A stretch of 64,000 nt of DNA from Octopus vulgaris (taxonomy: Eukaryota). Position 1 is the stretch's first letter; the number at the start of each line of letters is the position of its first letter. Below are positions 40,301-53,685 of this stretch, one piece after another. The stretch spans positions 49,972,001 to 50,036,000 of the forward strand of contig OX597815.1 in the NCBI GenBank assembly GCA_951406725.2, in the 5' to 3' direction. Position numbers and translations under genes: made by a program. A model generated the notes under the pieces. It ran no database searches. It saw nothing but the letters and a program-made list of their open reading frames with translations, and had not been told where the DNA came from.

Positions 40301-40555
40301 GTTTGTATGTGAGTGTTTGTGTTTCCTTGTCTTAACATCATTTGATTGTTGTAAAGGAATCTCATTCATTTCCAATATTCTGTGAAAACATGTCTAGCCT
40401 TGGGGAAATATTACTTTGCTTGGAAACAGGTAAGGATCTGTGACAGGAAGAGCATCTGGCTTTAGAAATCTGCTTCAATAACACAGACCAACTCATACAC
40501 ACAGGAAATATTGAACATTACAGCGATGATGACAATTACTCAATCATGTGTGTGC

Positions 40556-40588
<33 letters not shown>

Positions 40589-41581
40589 ATTCAGCTGGCT
40601 CCAAGACCATTTAGGCGCTAAAGAAGATATACTAAACACTGCTTGCTTAAAAGTTTAGTCAGACTAGAAATTCAAATACAGTTAATTCATTGTCCAATAT
40701 TGCCAATTAATATTTTTTGCTTTGTCTAGAATGTTTCCTCTTCTAAATTTTATATTATGTCTCATGCTTTACTTCCCAACACCAACTTCCACAGCTTTTA
40801 ATATCAGTTTCTTTAAAACAAGGGGCAAATATACACAGCTTAAAATGATAATTACCTGTATATATTTCTTTGCTAAATAGGTCAAATGGATTCATAGTCC
40901 ACTATTGCTAATTTTTTTTTTCTGCTCTGTCAGTGATAGCTTTCCCAGCTTTTACTTCAATTTTACAGACATTTCATTGTTTTTGGTGTTAATTAACTTG
41001 CTGTCTTATAAGGTATTTTTCCTGTCATTACTCTGCTTTTCCTTTTTTAAGTTTCGTGTTATGTCTTCCTTTACCTGATTTGCCTTTACATATTCTTTTG
41101 TTCTAACCACATCAAATATTTTTATACTGTTTGTCATTATCTCACCTGAAGTTTTAAGCACTTCTGTATGGAAGATTAACTAACATCATCATCATCATCA
41201 TTTAGCCACCACTTTTCCATGCTTGCATGGGTCGGATCACATTAGTCAAGGCAGATTTTCTATTGCCAGATGCCTTTCCTGTCACTAACACTCAACTGTT
41301 TCCCAGCAAGATAGCTTGGGTCTAGAGTAGAAGGCACTTGTCCAAAATGCTGTGCAGTGGGACTGAACTGAAGACCATATGATTAAGAATCAAGCTTCTT
41401 AACCACACAGCCATGCCTCTGCCTACTAAAAATAATTCATAGACTAACACATTGTGCATAATTACTACAACAAAATTAGCTTTTGCTTTGCTAAGCATCT
41501 GCTACCACTTTGTTGTGTCATTTCTTTCCTTCAAGAACCCTGATAAAATGTAGCTCTAACCTTATAATTAATAACATAATG

Positions 41582-41795
41582 ATCCTTTCTACTAAAGGCA
41601 CAAAACCTGAAATTTTGGGGAAGAGGGCTAGTCAATTACATTGACCCAAGTGCCCAACTGGTACTGATTTTATCAACCCTGGAAGGATGAGAGGCAAAGC
41701 TGACCTCAGCATAATTTGAACTCAATGTAAAGACAGACGAAATGCTGTTAAGCATTTTGTTTGGTGTGCTAACGTTCTTGCCAGCTTGCTACCTT
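41582..41795 (-). mobile_element. SINE family B
   Basis: Reverse complement of family B motifs. Confidence 0.75.
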
Positions 41796-41932
41796 AATTG
41801 ATAATATAATAATGGCAAAGTAATATGGATTTTTGTTCCAACCTGAGGCATGTTTTCAAGAATAGAGTCGACTATATTGAATGTATTCTTGAAGGATATA
41901 GTACTCTAGGACTTGACTGGTGTTTACATTAT

Positions 41933-42880
41933 TACTCTTTACTCTTTTTACTCTTCTTACTAGTTTCAGTAATTTGACTGTGGCCATGCTGGAGCACCGC
42001 CTTTAGTCGAGCAAATCGCCCCCAGGACTTATTTTTTGTAAGCCTAGTACTTATTCTAACGGTTTCTTTTGCCAAACTGCTAAGTTTACAGGGACATAAA
42101 CACACTAGTATCGGTTTCAAGCGATGTTGGGGGGACAAACACAGACGCAAAAACACACACACACATACATATATATCTCTATATATAAACGGCAGTTTGT
42201 CTGTCTGTGTGTTTGTGTGTCTGTCAGGTTGTACCCTCACCCTGACCACGGCTTTCAACCGATTCTGATGAAACTTGACACACACATAGCCCAATGTCAT
42301 AATTCAAAACTAACACAGCGAAAATTTTGAAAAGTTCCCCCAGTTCTGAAAAAAAATTGATAAATTCGACATGGGGTCGAGAATCTAAGCTTTTTATTTG
42401 CAACACATTTTCTGTTGTAGTTTTCGCAACTTGCAATCGATTTTGACCAAACTCATGGTGAAGCTTAATGTTACCCTAAGAAACTTAATTCTGACGTTAG
42501 TTTTCCATGCAATACCTTACCATCAGAAAAAATCGATAAAATCATGCCATTTTGGGAAATCGCGTTCAAATTCAAGATGACATATTTTCGACAATATCTT
42601 TCACAAATTGGCAGGAATTTTTTAAAAATTCACAGTGAGCATCATGTCTGCTCCAGGGGCTCTTACATACCCGGGCAATGCCGGGCTATGCTGCTAGTAT
42701 ATATATATATATATACATATATACGACGGGCTTCTTTCAGTTTCCGTCTACCAAATCTACTCACAAGGCTTTGGTCACCCTGAGACTATAGCAGAAGACA
42801 CTTGCCCAAGGTGCCATGCAGTGGGATTGAACCCAGAACCATGTGGTTCGTAAGCAAGCTACTTACCACACAGACACCCC
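41933..42880 (-). mobile_element. SINE family A split by a Helitron
   Basis: Tail at 41933-42170 and head at 42720-42880. Confidence 0.88.
42176..42697 (+). mobile_element. Non-autonomous Helitron inserted in the (TA)n of a SINE
   Basis: Starts A^TC and ends CCCGG-GCAATG-CCGGG hairpin, then CTATGCTG, then CTAG^T. No TSD. The SINE continues on both sides. Confidence 0.85.
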
Positions 42881-43559
42881 TTCACAGAAAAAAAAATTAA
42901 AGGTAAATTCAATTTGAATGGAATTTGAACTCAGAACATAAAGTATCATAGTATTTTATACATCAATATCAATTCAATTATCCATCACACTTATTTTAGA
43001 AGAAAAAAATTAGCTTTATCTTTAATTGGTCTCAGTAAATTTATACCTCAGTAACAATGCATAGAGATAAGCAGAATAAACATAGTTGAATACCAATTGT
43101 AAAAATTATTTCATATCAAGTATTTTTCAGAAATGTGTAGGTTGAAGGGAATGGGAGAAAAATATGGCATGAAATAGCAGAAACAAGAAAAAAATATTGT
43201 AGCAAATAATAAGGACAATTAATTCACCCAGATATTTTGGAGAATGGCAGTGAGTATGGGATGGAGAAATAGTATAGATTATTATAATTTAATAATTATC
43301 AAGATATTATTTTCTGGTTTTAGTCACTCTACTGTGTTCATGTTGGTACACTACTTTGAAGTGTTGTAGGGAATTATTCATCATATAATAGATGAATGGC
43401 AAAAATCAATGTGAATGTTACTTGTACAAAACCAAATACCACAAGGTATTTTTTGTTTAAACAAATCGATTCTGCCATTCTTCACCTATAAACAGACACA
43501 CACACATGTATTACTATATATTTATATACCTGTATAGAAAAAAATCAATAAAAAGGTAA

Positions 43560-43812
43560 CAGTGGACATGCAGTGAGGAGTGGAAAACCCAACATTTCGG
43601 ACACAGTCCTTCTTCAGGGTAAAAGTTGAAATGAGAGACATTAATGAAATACAGGTAGAGTTTGCATCCTCTAAGTTGCAGCCAATTTTTTTTTAACTAA
43701 GAGGATGTAGAACTCTGCTGTCTTTCATTAATTTCTCTCCTTCTAGCTTCTTCCCGGAAGAAGGACTGTGTCCATCACACTGGATTTTCTACTCCTCACC
43801 ACAAGTTCACTG
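43560..43812. mobile_element. Fold-back element (about 120-bp diverged arms) with a hammerhead-like motif in each arm; probable PLE pseudo-LTR remnant
   Basis: 43560-43678 is the reverse complement of 43695-43812. Minus strand 43587-43620 reads ACC-CUGAAGA-A-GGAC(UGU)GUCC-GAAA-U-GUU-GGGU. Confidence 0.65.
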
Positions 43813-43926
43813 CGATTTTACTTTATAAATCTTGCCAATAAAGAAAGAACAACACCAGCCTCACTTACGTATGTATATTTGTGTGTGTATGTAGTCGAGT
43901 AACTAAAACCAGAAAATAATATACAC

Positions 43927-44156
43927 TTTACTCTTTTACTCTTTTACTTGTTTCAGTCATTTGACTGCAGCCATGCTGGAGCACCGCCTTTAGTCGAGTA
44001 AATCAACCCCAGGACTTAATCTTTGTAAGCCTAGTATTTATTCTATCGATCACTTTTGCCAAACTGCTAAGTTATGGGGATGTAAACACACCAGCATCGG
44101 TTGTCAAGCGATGTTGGGAGGACAAATACAGACATACAAACATATACATGCACACA

Positions 44157-44197
<41 letters not shown>

Positions 44198-44363
44198 TTA
44201 CGACGGGGTTCTTTCAGTTTCCATCTACCAAATCCACTCATAAGGCTTTGGTCGGCCCGAGGTTATAGTAGAAGACACTTGCCCAAGGTGCCATGCAGTG
44301 GGACTGAATCTGGAACTATGTGGTTCGTAAGCAAGCTACTTACCACACAGCCACTCCTACACC
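43927..44363 (-). mobile_element. SINE family A
   Basis: Full-length copy. Confidence 0.9.
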
Positions 44364-45313
44364 TATATCTTGATAATTATTAAATGATAATCTATACTAT
44401 TTCTCCATCTTATACCCACTGCCATTCTCCAAAATATATGAATGAATTAACTGTCTTTATTATTTGCTACAGTATTTTTTTCCTGTTTTGTATTTCATGC
44501 CCACAGTGCAAAGCAGTGGGACTGAACCCAGAACCATGTAATTGGGAAGCAAGCTTTTTACCACAGATCCACACCTGTGCCTATCTTTACTTTGCTTTCA
44601 AATGTCACTAATTAAGTCATCTGTGTCAAACACATGTCATAACATCTTAATTACACTAAAGGACAATAATATTCAAGAAAGACTTCATAAACATTCAAAT
44701 ATGATATATTCCATCAACTCTTGAGTAAATTTTTACAGGAAAAAAATATGTCTTAGCAAAAATTTAATAATCTTGAATTAAGTTGCACACAATATTCAAC
44801 TTGTAGTATTTTAAATGTGTTTTATATTTTTATTTATATTTTTATTTCTTCTTTTCTCTCATATTTCTTTTTTATTCTTACAATATTAGAATTGGAGTAG
44901 ATATCTCTTCCCAAATATATACTTTTCTGATAAAGGAACTGATTGGTTAAGAAACTGAATGAAAGAGAGAAAAGTAGCTGATAAAGCAGAAGGAATAAAC
45001 TATACAAAAAGTATGTACAAAGAGAGAAAGAGCAAGAGAAAGTGAGAAAGGATGTGTGTGTGTGAGAGAGAGAGAAACAGACAAACAAACAGACAGACCA
45101 ACATTGAGAGAGAAATAGTGAGAGGGGAGAGAAAGGTGAGCAAATGGTGAGAGAGAGAGAAGTGAAAGTGAAAGGTAAGAGAGAAATTGAAAAGAAAATA
45201 GAAAAATAAGAAAAAAGAAGAAATGTTAGTGATAGAGAAAAAAGATATAGAAATGAGTGAGTAATATACACACACATATACATATATATTATATGTACGC
45301 ATGTATGTACTAC

Positions 45314-45391
<78 letters not shown>

Positions 45392-45680
45392 CCTTGTACA
45401 CTTACATATATTTACATGCTCTCTCTCTCTCAGACACACTATATGAGTGAGCAAGGTGGGGAGAAAGAAATACAAAATACAAGAGACATTAAATATGTTG
45501 GGAAATTTTTTAAGTGATCAAAAATTAAAAATTAAATACTTGAGAGCGACAAAATTTGGAAATATAGCATAAAAACAAACACCAAGCTCTAAATAAGACA
45601 AATATTTAAATGTGAGAAATTACACAAAATTTTGGAGAAAAGTTCACTGAAAGAACAAAGCAAGAAACGGCAAGCAACAT

Positions 45681-45735
<55 letters not shown>

Positions 45736-45793
45736 TCTGTTATTTACTTATTCAGTGTGTCGCTGTTGTTACTTTTAGGATATTCACACATTT

Positions 45794-45824
<31 letters not shown>

Positions 45825-47474
45825 GATGATGCTTTTCTATTTCTCCCTCTTTGATGCCATCATCTTGTCACTACTGCTGCTATTGGTGTTTTTATTATTA
45901 TCATTATCATTTTCTTTTTTCTTGCTACTCCTGCAGTTGTTATTGCTGACATTCTTTATATTATTGCTGTTGATTGTTGTTGTGGTGACTGTCTAGTTGT
46001 TACTGTTGTTGTTGTCCCTTTTTATATTTTGTTGCTATTATTATTGTTAGCAGGATGAGATTCCTCCTGTTAGAAACCAATTGCTTTATTGCTATTAAAT
46101 GAAATAGAAAAATGCCCTTCTTACTCTAAACCCAGCAGTGTCTATGTTTTTCTTAGAATTTCTTTTTTTTTTTTTCAGTATTTCAACCGTATCACAAAAA
46201 AACAGAGACATATAAACCAACAAAACCAAAAAAAGAAGAGGTCTGTTGCTTAAAGACAGCATTCCTTCTTGAAGAAATAATCTCTTTCTCAGATTTGCTT
46301 CTAGCTGTTAGAATCTCAGGACTCAGTAATTATGAAAAAAAACATCCCACTTCTTATTGTATATTATTTGTATTTATTTATCTATCTATCTATCTATTTA
46401 TTTATTTATTTATTAGTATCCCTCACCAACATCCAGTTTGTTTGGTGAGGGTGTAAAAAAACTACAATAACAATAGCAACAACAAAAGAAACAAAGAATT
46501 AAAGCAAAGGAGATTAAAGGCACACGAGAATAAATTGTCGACATGGTTTTTGATTTTTCTTGTAAAACACTGTGTAATATGTTAACAACACACACACACA
46601 CAAATAAAAGTAAAAGAAAAAGGACAGTAAAACTTCCAGAAAGATCTGGAGGTTTTTCAGGTACGCTTTAAGTAATGGGGATGTGAATGAAAAGCTGCAT
46701 GACAAACAAGACACAAACAAACTTATGGAAGACGAATCACTGTATCAAGTGAAGCACAATATTTCCGGTAAGTAAAGTTTGGTTCAGTGAAAAGAGGGAA
46801 TACAAACAGCAGGAGGGCTCTTTGTTGGTTTTCACTTGATCTTCTCTGCATATCAAAAAACTCACTTTTTTGCATAGAAACCAAGTAAACAGCAAATTGG
46901 TTAAAGAAAGAAAACTCTTGAAAGCTGTTCATTAAGATAGAAATGAAAAATAAAAATAACCACAAAGATAAAAAGACATAAGGACCCATATTTTCCTTTT
47001 TATGTTTATTACCAACTGATAGGACCCTATCAGTTTTAGCATGTATCTAAAATAATCGCCATACCACCAAAAATTATTTTATTCAAATACTCACTTACTT
47101 TTTATATGTTTGTCTAGCAAACTCATACCATTATACTTAGTATTGTGTCTCTCTTTTAGTTTCTTATTAACAACCACTAGCAAAATGCACACACACACGC
47201 GCACATACACACACACCACACACATGCATATATAATTGGTCAGTTGTCCTCTAACCTCCCACAAAAAAGTACACTCTAAAAACGTTTTTGAGCCGATATA
47301 TTTTTTGCAGTTGAATAGTATAGCTTTGGTTATTGCCAGTCAAGTTATTTGTCACCAGCCAGCAGGTTTCATGAGTCACCTACATTACTAGGAGCAATAG
47401 CAGATGTGAAACCAAGAAAAACTTTCTGACCAGCCATAACTGAAGATCCTACTCAACTACATAATATATCAACA

Positions 47475-49190
47475 TCATCTTCATCATCAGCATCATTGTC
47501 ATTTAACATCCATTTTCAATGCTCACACGGGTTGGATGGTTTCACTGAAAACTGGTAAGCTGCACCAGGTTCCAGTCTGATTTGACATAATTTCTATGGC
47601 TGGATGCCCTTCCAAACACCAACCTCTGCAAGAGAGTAGTGGGTGTTCTTCACATGCCACCAGCACAAGTACCAGTTATGCAGCACCAGCATCAGCCACG
47701 ACTATGATCTCACTTGGCTTTACAGGTCTTCTCAAGCACAATATACTGCCTAAGGTCTCAGTCACTTGTCTCCATATAACTTTTGAGAGAGCACATATCC
47801 AGCATGAAGAACTTAAGTGAGCTGCATGAAAGCACACGGCCCGTATAGTGAATGGGGAAAACTTGGTCTGCAATGTTTGCAGTCGTGTATGCTTGTCAAG
47901 AGCAGGGCTCATTAGCCACCAACGGAGCCACAAATGCAAAATATAAGTTAGTCCTAGAGCGCACAATGTTCCTGAAGGTCAGCAATGGTCTTCCCCGGTC
48001 ACGAGTGGACGGCCATCATGTATGTATGTATACCTATATATATGTATATTATAGTTTTTACTGGGACATCATCTTGAAGGGCTTAGTTGAACAAATACAC
48101 CCCAGTAGTATTTTTTTTTTGCCTGGTACTTGTCCTTTTTGCTGAACTGTTAAGTTATAGGGATGTAAATAAACCAATACCAGTTGTCAAGTGGTGGTGG
48201 AGAACACAGGCCAATTGATATATGTAGATATACATATTTATATATACAAAATACATATATGTGTGTGTATACACACACACACACATATAGGTGCAGGCAT
48301 ATCTGTGTGGTAAGATGTCTGTTCCCCAACCATTCAGTGGTTCAGTGAAGGGATGGAGGAGATCAATGTGACACGTGGATGTTGAAGACACTATCACTTT
48401 CAAGTTTAGGCACAAGGCCAGCAATTTTGTGGAGAGGGCTAGTTGATTGCAACACCACCTGTAGACAATTGCTACTTTCTCTATTGATCCCAAAAGAATG
48501 AAAGGCAAAGTCAACCTTGGCAGAATTTGAACTCAAACCATAAAGACAGATGAAATGCCACTAAGAATTTTTCCCAGTGTGCTAACAATTCTACTAGATC
48601 GCCACATTGGTGTTGAAGATAATATCAACAGACTACAGAATGTGGTATCAGGAACTGCAGTGGAACAGATTTGGTGAGGGTAAGGATGTGATTAGCTGAT
48701 GTGTCCATTCGTGCATCTATGCAATATGTATACCAACAGTGCTCCCAGAAGTCCGTTTTGCCACAGTGGAGGTGTCTTCTTGAGGACTGCATATCACCAG
48801 ACATCCCAGGCCTTTGTCATCTCTTTCATGATACTTAGGGTTCTAAGGCCAGCCTTCACCACTTTGTGTCCTTTTATATTCGGTTTTCTTTGTTAACAAA
48901 ATCCAGCCACATTTAGCGATCGTTACTTCCTTATACAGTGGTCCTCAGCCATACACATCACATGCCAATGCCACGATAGTCTTCTATCTTACACACTACA
49001 TCTGATTCTTCTTATGTCCAGTTTTCTCTCAGCATTTTTGTCATTTATGCATGTTCACACTGCACACCCAACAGATCATGCTTGCTTCATTTCTTTCCAG
49101 TCTTCACAATCCACTGTATTCAAGGCTCATGTCACATTACCATAATAGCATATGTATGTAATCTTCATCTTGTGTTTCAAATCCTGCTTA
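47475..49190 (-). mobile_element. Old RTE fragments interrupted by SINE pieces
   Basis: RTE-type 3' end at ~47480-47760. Near 48770-48860 the minus strand reads VVKAGLRTLSIMKEMTKAWDVW*YAVLKKT, homologous to the RTE C-terminus [30 protein letters not shown]. Confidence 0.6.
48400..48605 (-). mobile_element. SINE family B
   Basis: GAAAGGCAAAGTCAACCTTGGCAGAATTTGAACTC. Confidence 0.75.
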
Positions 49191-49637
49191 GGTTAGCTCT
49201 GCCTTTTTATCTATCAATCTATTCCAAATACCAAGTAAATATAGAATTTATAAAATTCACTCTGCAGAAACACGTGGCTTAGTGGTTAGGGTGTTGCACT
49301 CATGAATGTAAGATTGTGATTTCAATTCCTTGACAATGTGATGTGTTGTATTCTTGAGCAAGACACTACATTTCACATTGCTCTTGTTCATTCAGCAAGC
49401 AAAGATAAGTAAGTGTCCAAATGTGTGTGGGTGAGGAACATAAACATGTACATGTGTGAGTGGGATGAACGTAAATGTGTATGTGTGTGTCTATGTATGT
49501 GTATAAGCTTGCATACATGTACATGTTCAACTGTGTGAGTATAAGTTTGCATATGTGTACATGCACAACTGTATTAGTATGTTGTGAACCAGCACATGTT
49601 ATGTATTTGTGAATGTGTTATGTATTTGTGAATGCCC

Positions 49638-49738
49638 ACGGGCATATGGTGTAGTGGTTAAGAGTGCAGGCTAATAACCCCAAGATTCCGAGTTCGATTC
49701 CAAGCAGTGACCTGAACAATAACAATAATAATAATAAC

Positions 49739-49781
<43 letters not shown>

Positions 49782-49958
49782 TGGAAAATACCTCAGGAAT
49801 GAGAACCCAGGTTCAAAATTTCCCCAAGACAACTGAAGAAGGTTGCTGGGTATATCAGGCAAAACGTTGTGTTAACAACAAACAAGATGATGACAAATAT
49901 CCATCGAATGTAAATAATGTAAATAATATACATAATTCCTCATCTCTTAAATATAGAA
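49638..49958 (+). mobile_element. tRNA-derived SINE with (AAT)n middle and hammerhead-like 3' module
   Basis: A box TGGTGTAGTGG, B box GAGTTCGATTC, (AAT)n, then GACAA-CTGAAGA-AGGTTG..CAGGC-AAAAC-GTT-GTGTT. Possible TSD TTGTGAATG. Confidence 0.75.
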
Positions 49959-51314
49959 TTGTGAATGTGTTGTTTGCATATTTCTAATTAATAAACCAAA
50001 TAATCCTATATATGGTCTGTGTGTATGTGTATCTGTCTATTTATATGAGCTTTTTACTTGTCTACATTCACAACATGCAGCATTCTTGTAACATGTGTAA
50101 GATTATGTACGTGTGTGTGTGTGTGCACTTTTCTTCTCTACATTTGTAAATCTCAGTTCAGTGCAAACATTATTAGATATCACTTCTCCCCTATAAGAAA
50201 CAACCAGATGAATATATAAATAATAGACAAGCTACATAAGAAAGAACAAAAGAAAATATAACAAAAAAGAACGAGGGAGAGGAAGAATGGCAGGACAGAG
50301 ATGTGATAATAAGAGTCAACATAGGTTTCGATGACAAGTAACAATCATTGTTGTAAACCACTGACTGGGTAAACATTCAAAACAGTGACAGTTAGGAAGA
50401 TTATAAAAATAGAAAATGAAATCCTTGTTATTTATTAATTCATTTGTCAGAATAACAAGATTAGTTAGATTTGAAGAGTATCTAACTAGCGTTAGATTTG
50501 GCTGCGAGGAATAATACAGTGTCATCTTTATAAATGAATGTCGCTAGTGATATATTAAGATGAAAATCATATAAAAATGAAAGTAATAAATAAATAAATG
50601 CAAAGAGAGAACCATTGTGAGAAAATAAATCTCCTTGTCTGTTTTTAATGGTCTGCTATTTAGAAAGAAACATGTAGGCATATGTAAGTATATTTATTTC
50701 TATTTATAAAATTAACAATTTTGTGATGTGCTTCTTTATTTTTTTATTTTTTTGTTTGTTTGCTTTTGTTTCCGATATCCCATTATCAGGGATGTCCATG
50801 GAAAACATCCTTATTTCTGTATCTTTCATATCTGTATTTTGACTTACAAGGTGTTTATTTTTGATTTTTTTTCTTCTTATTTTTATTATGTTATTCTATT
50901 GTTGGGCTTTAGCCATTTAACTTTTTCCATGCAGGGTTACCACCTTTCATTATTTGTTGATGGATGCACATTTTTCTCATCTTGAAAAGATGAAAGGAGG
51001 AAACAAAAAAGATCAACCTGGGGAAATTTCGAGTTGAGAAGTTAGTGGGATGTAAACAAAAACTAAATGTTACAAAATGTTTGTCCAGTGCTTTACAGTC
51101 ATCCACCCACTGGCACATGAGTCATCACAACCACCATCATCATCATAATTGTCATAATCACCACCACCACCACCACCACCACCACCACCATCACCATCAT
51201 CACCATCACCATCATCACCATCATCATCGTTGTTTTGCATTCCTTTTTCCATACTGGCATGAGTTGGGCAGATTTCTTGAAGTAATGTTTTACAGCTGGA
51301 TACCCTTCCTATTG

Positions 51315-51650
51315 TGAAGGCGCATGGCTCAGTGGTTAGAGCATCGATCTTATGACCGTGAGGTTGTGAGTTCAAATCCCGGACTGGGCTGCGTATTTGT
51401 GTTCTTGAGCAAGACACTTTATTTCATGTTACTCCAGTAGACTCAGCTATTGAAATGAGTTGCAATGTCACTGGTGCCAAGCTGTATCGGTCTTTGCCTT
51501 TCTCTTGGATAACATCAGTGGTATGAAGAGGAGAGGCTGGTATGCATGGGCAACTGCTGGTCTTCCATAAACAACCTTGCCCGGGACTTGTGCCTAGGAG
51601 GGTAACTTTCTAGGTGCTATCCCATGGTCATTTGTGACCGAAGGGAGTCT
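51315..51650 (+). mobile_element. tRNA-derived SINE family D nested in an RTE-tail element
   Basis: A/B boxes TGGCTCAGTGG and GAGTTCAAATCC; TSD CCCTTCCTATTG at 51303-51314 and 51651-51662. Confidence 0.88.
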
Positions 51651-52715
51651 CCCTTCCTATTGCCAACCATTTTATTCAGTACTTATGTTGTGTAGAGTAA
51701 TAGTGTAACTATTCTAAAACTTGAAATACATGCATGAGTGCAATTCTAAAATAAAAGGGAAAAAAAGCATAAAGGTTGTGATAGACTTTTACTGAAGTTT
51801 TATTTGTTTGTTTTTTTTCTCTGGAATATAGCATGACAGTGAGTTAGAGTGTTCAAGTTTTATTCAACTACCTTTATCAATGAGTATTGCACTGGTCCAT
51901 TTATAATCTTCTATAAACCATTCTCTCTTCATATTAGACATTTTTTGTACTCTGTATCATTGGATTAGAATCATTAAACATTTCATGCATCAAGAAGGTT
52001 ATGAGTGTATTGAAAATATTCATTTTTAAAAGTACTAAGAAGGTGCTGAAAGGCTTTTAGTTCTGAAATGGTTTTGATGAAAAGAAAGAATTCATAAAAA
52101 CAAAGGTTGTTTTCCATTTCTTTGAAAATAAAACATTTAAAAACCTATTTATAGATTTATTTTTCTTATATACATACACACATACATACACACACACATA
52201 CATACACACATACATACATACATACATACATACATACATACACGCACACATACACATACACACATACATACATACATACATACATACATACATACATACA
52301 TACATACATACATACATACATACATACACACATACATACACACATTTGTGTGTTCATGTGTATATAAAATATATGTTGCTTTTCAATAGTTTCATAGGAA
52401 TTAAATATGGTTTTCTTTAAATTCAACAATTGATATTCCTGAAATCTGTTAATCACCAGTACAGCAATTTATTTACAAATTAATAAACAAATTAATTCCT
52501 AATAGTGCATTTCATTATATCAATAAATGCCATGATAAGGATTTGGGGTTTAAATTACAGAGTAAAAAAGGCTTTATGTGCAATGTTCAATAAGATTTAT
52601 TTTTGACTTCATTATTTTTATTCTAACAAATACTTATGAGCATGGTGAATTCTATAAGCACAGCAGTGATACCTTCAGTACACATTTACTAAGATCTATT
52701 AATCATTATTCCAGA

Positions 52716-53685
52716 TCATCATCATCATCATCATCATTTAGCGTCCGTTTTCCATGCTAGCATGGGTTGGACGGTTCAACTGGGGTCTGGGGAGCCCGAA
52801 GGCTGCACCAGGCCAGTCAGATCTGGCAGTGTTTCTACAGCTGGATGCCCTTCCTAACGCCAACCACTCCGAGAGTGTAGTGGGTGATTTTATGTGCCAC
52901 CGACACAGGTGCCAGACGAGGCTGGCGAACGGCCACGCTCGGATGGTGTTTTTATGTGCCACCGACACAGGTGCCAGACGAGGCTGGCAGACGGCCACGC
53001 TCGGATGGTGTTTTTATGTGCCACCGACACAGGTGCCAGATGAGGCTGGCGGACGGCCACGATCGGATGGTGTTTGTTACGTCCCCAAAGCACGGAGGCC
53101 AGTCTATGCGGTACTGGCTACGGCCACGTTCGGATGATTTTCTTGTGTGCCACCGGCACTGGTACCACAAAGATACAAATTCCATTGATGTTCATCTATT
53201 TTGATTTGTTTTGATTTGATTTGATTTTCACTTGCCTCAACAGGTCTTCACAAGTGTCACAAGAAGGAAGGTATGCACAGGTGGACTGACTACGTCCCAG
53301 GTAGGGGCCACGGGTTATGGCCTGACTAGTCTTGCCGGGTCTTCGGATGGTGTTTTTATGTGCCACCGACACAGGTGCCAGATGAGGCTGACGAACGGCC
53401 ACGATCGGATGGTGTTTGTTGCGTGCCCACAGCACGGAGGCCAGTCGATGCGGTACTGGCTACGGCCACGTTCGGATGGTTTTCTTGTGTGCCACCGGCA
53501 CTGGTACCACAAGATACAAATTCCATTGATGTTCATCTATTTTGATTTGATTTTCATCTTTATGTGCCACCGACACAGGTGCCAGATGAGGCTGGCGAAC
53601 GGCCACGATCGGATGGTGTTTGTTGTGCCCACAGCACGGAGGCCAGTCGATGCGGTACTGGCTACAGCCACGTTTGGGTGGTTGA
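52716..53685 (-). mobile_element. RTE LINE 3' UTR copy plus two rearranged partial re-copies
   Basis: 52716-53344 matches 28820-29656; 53343-53557 and 53559-53682 repeat internal UTR segments. Confidence 0.88.
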
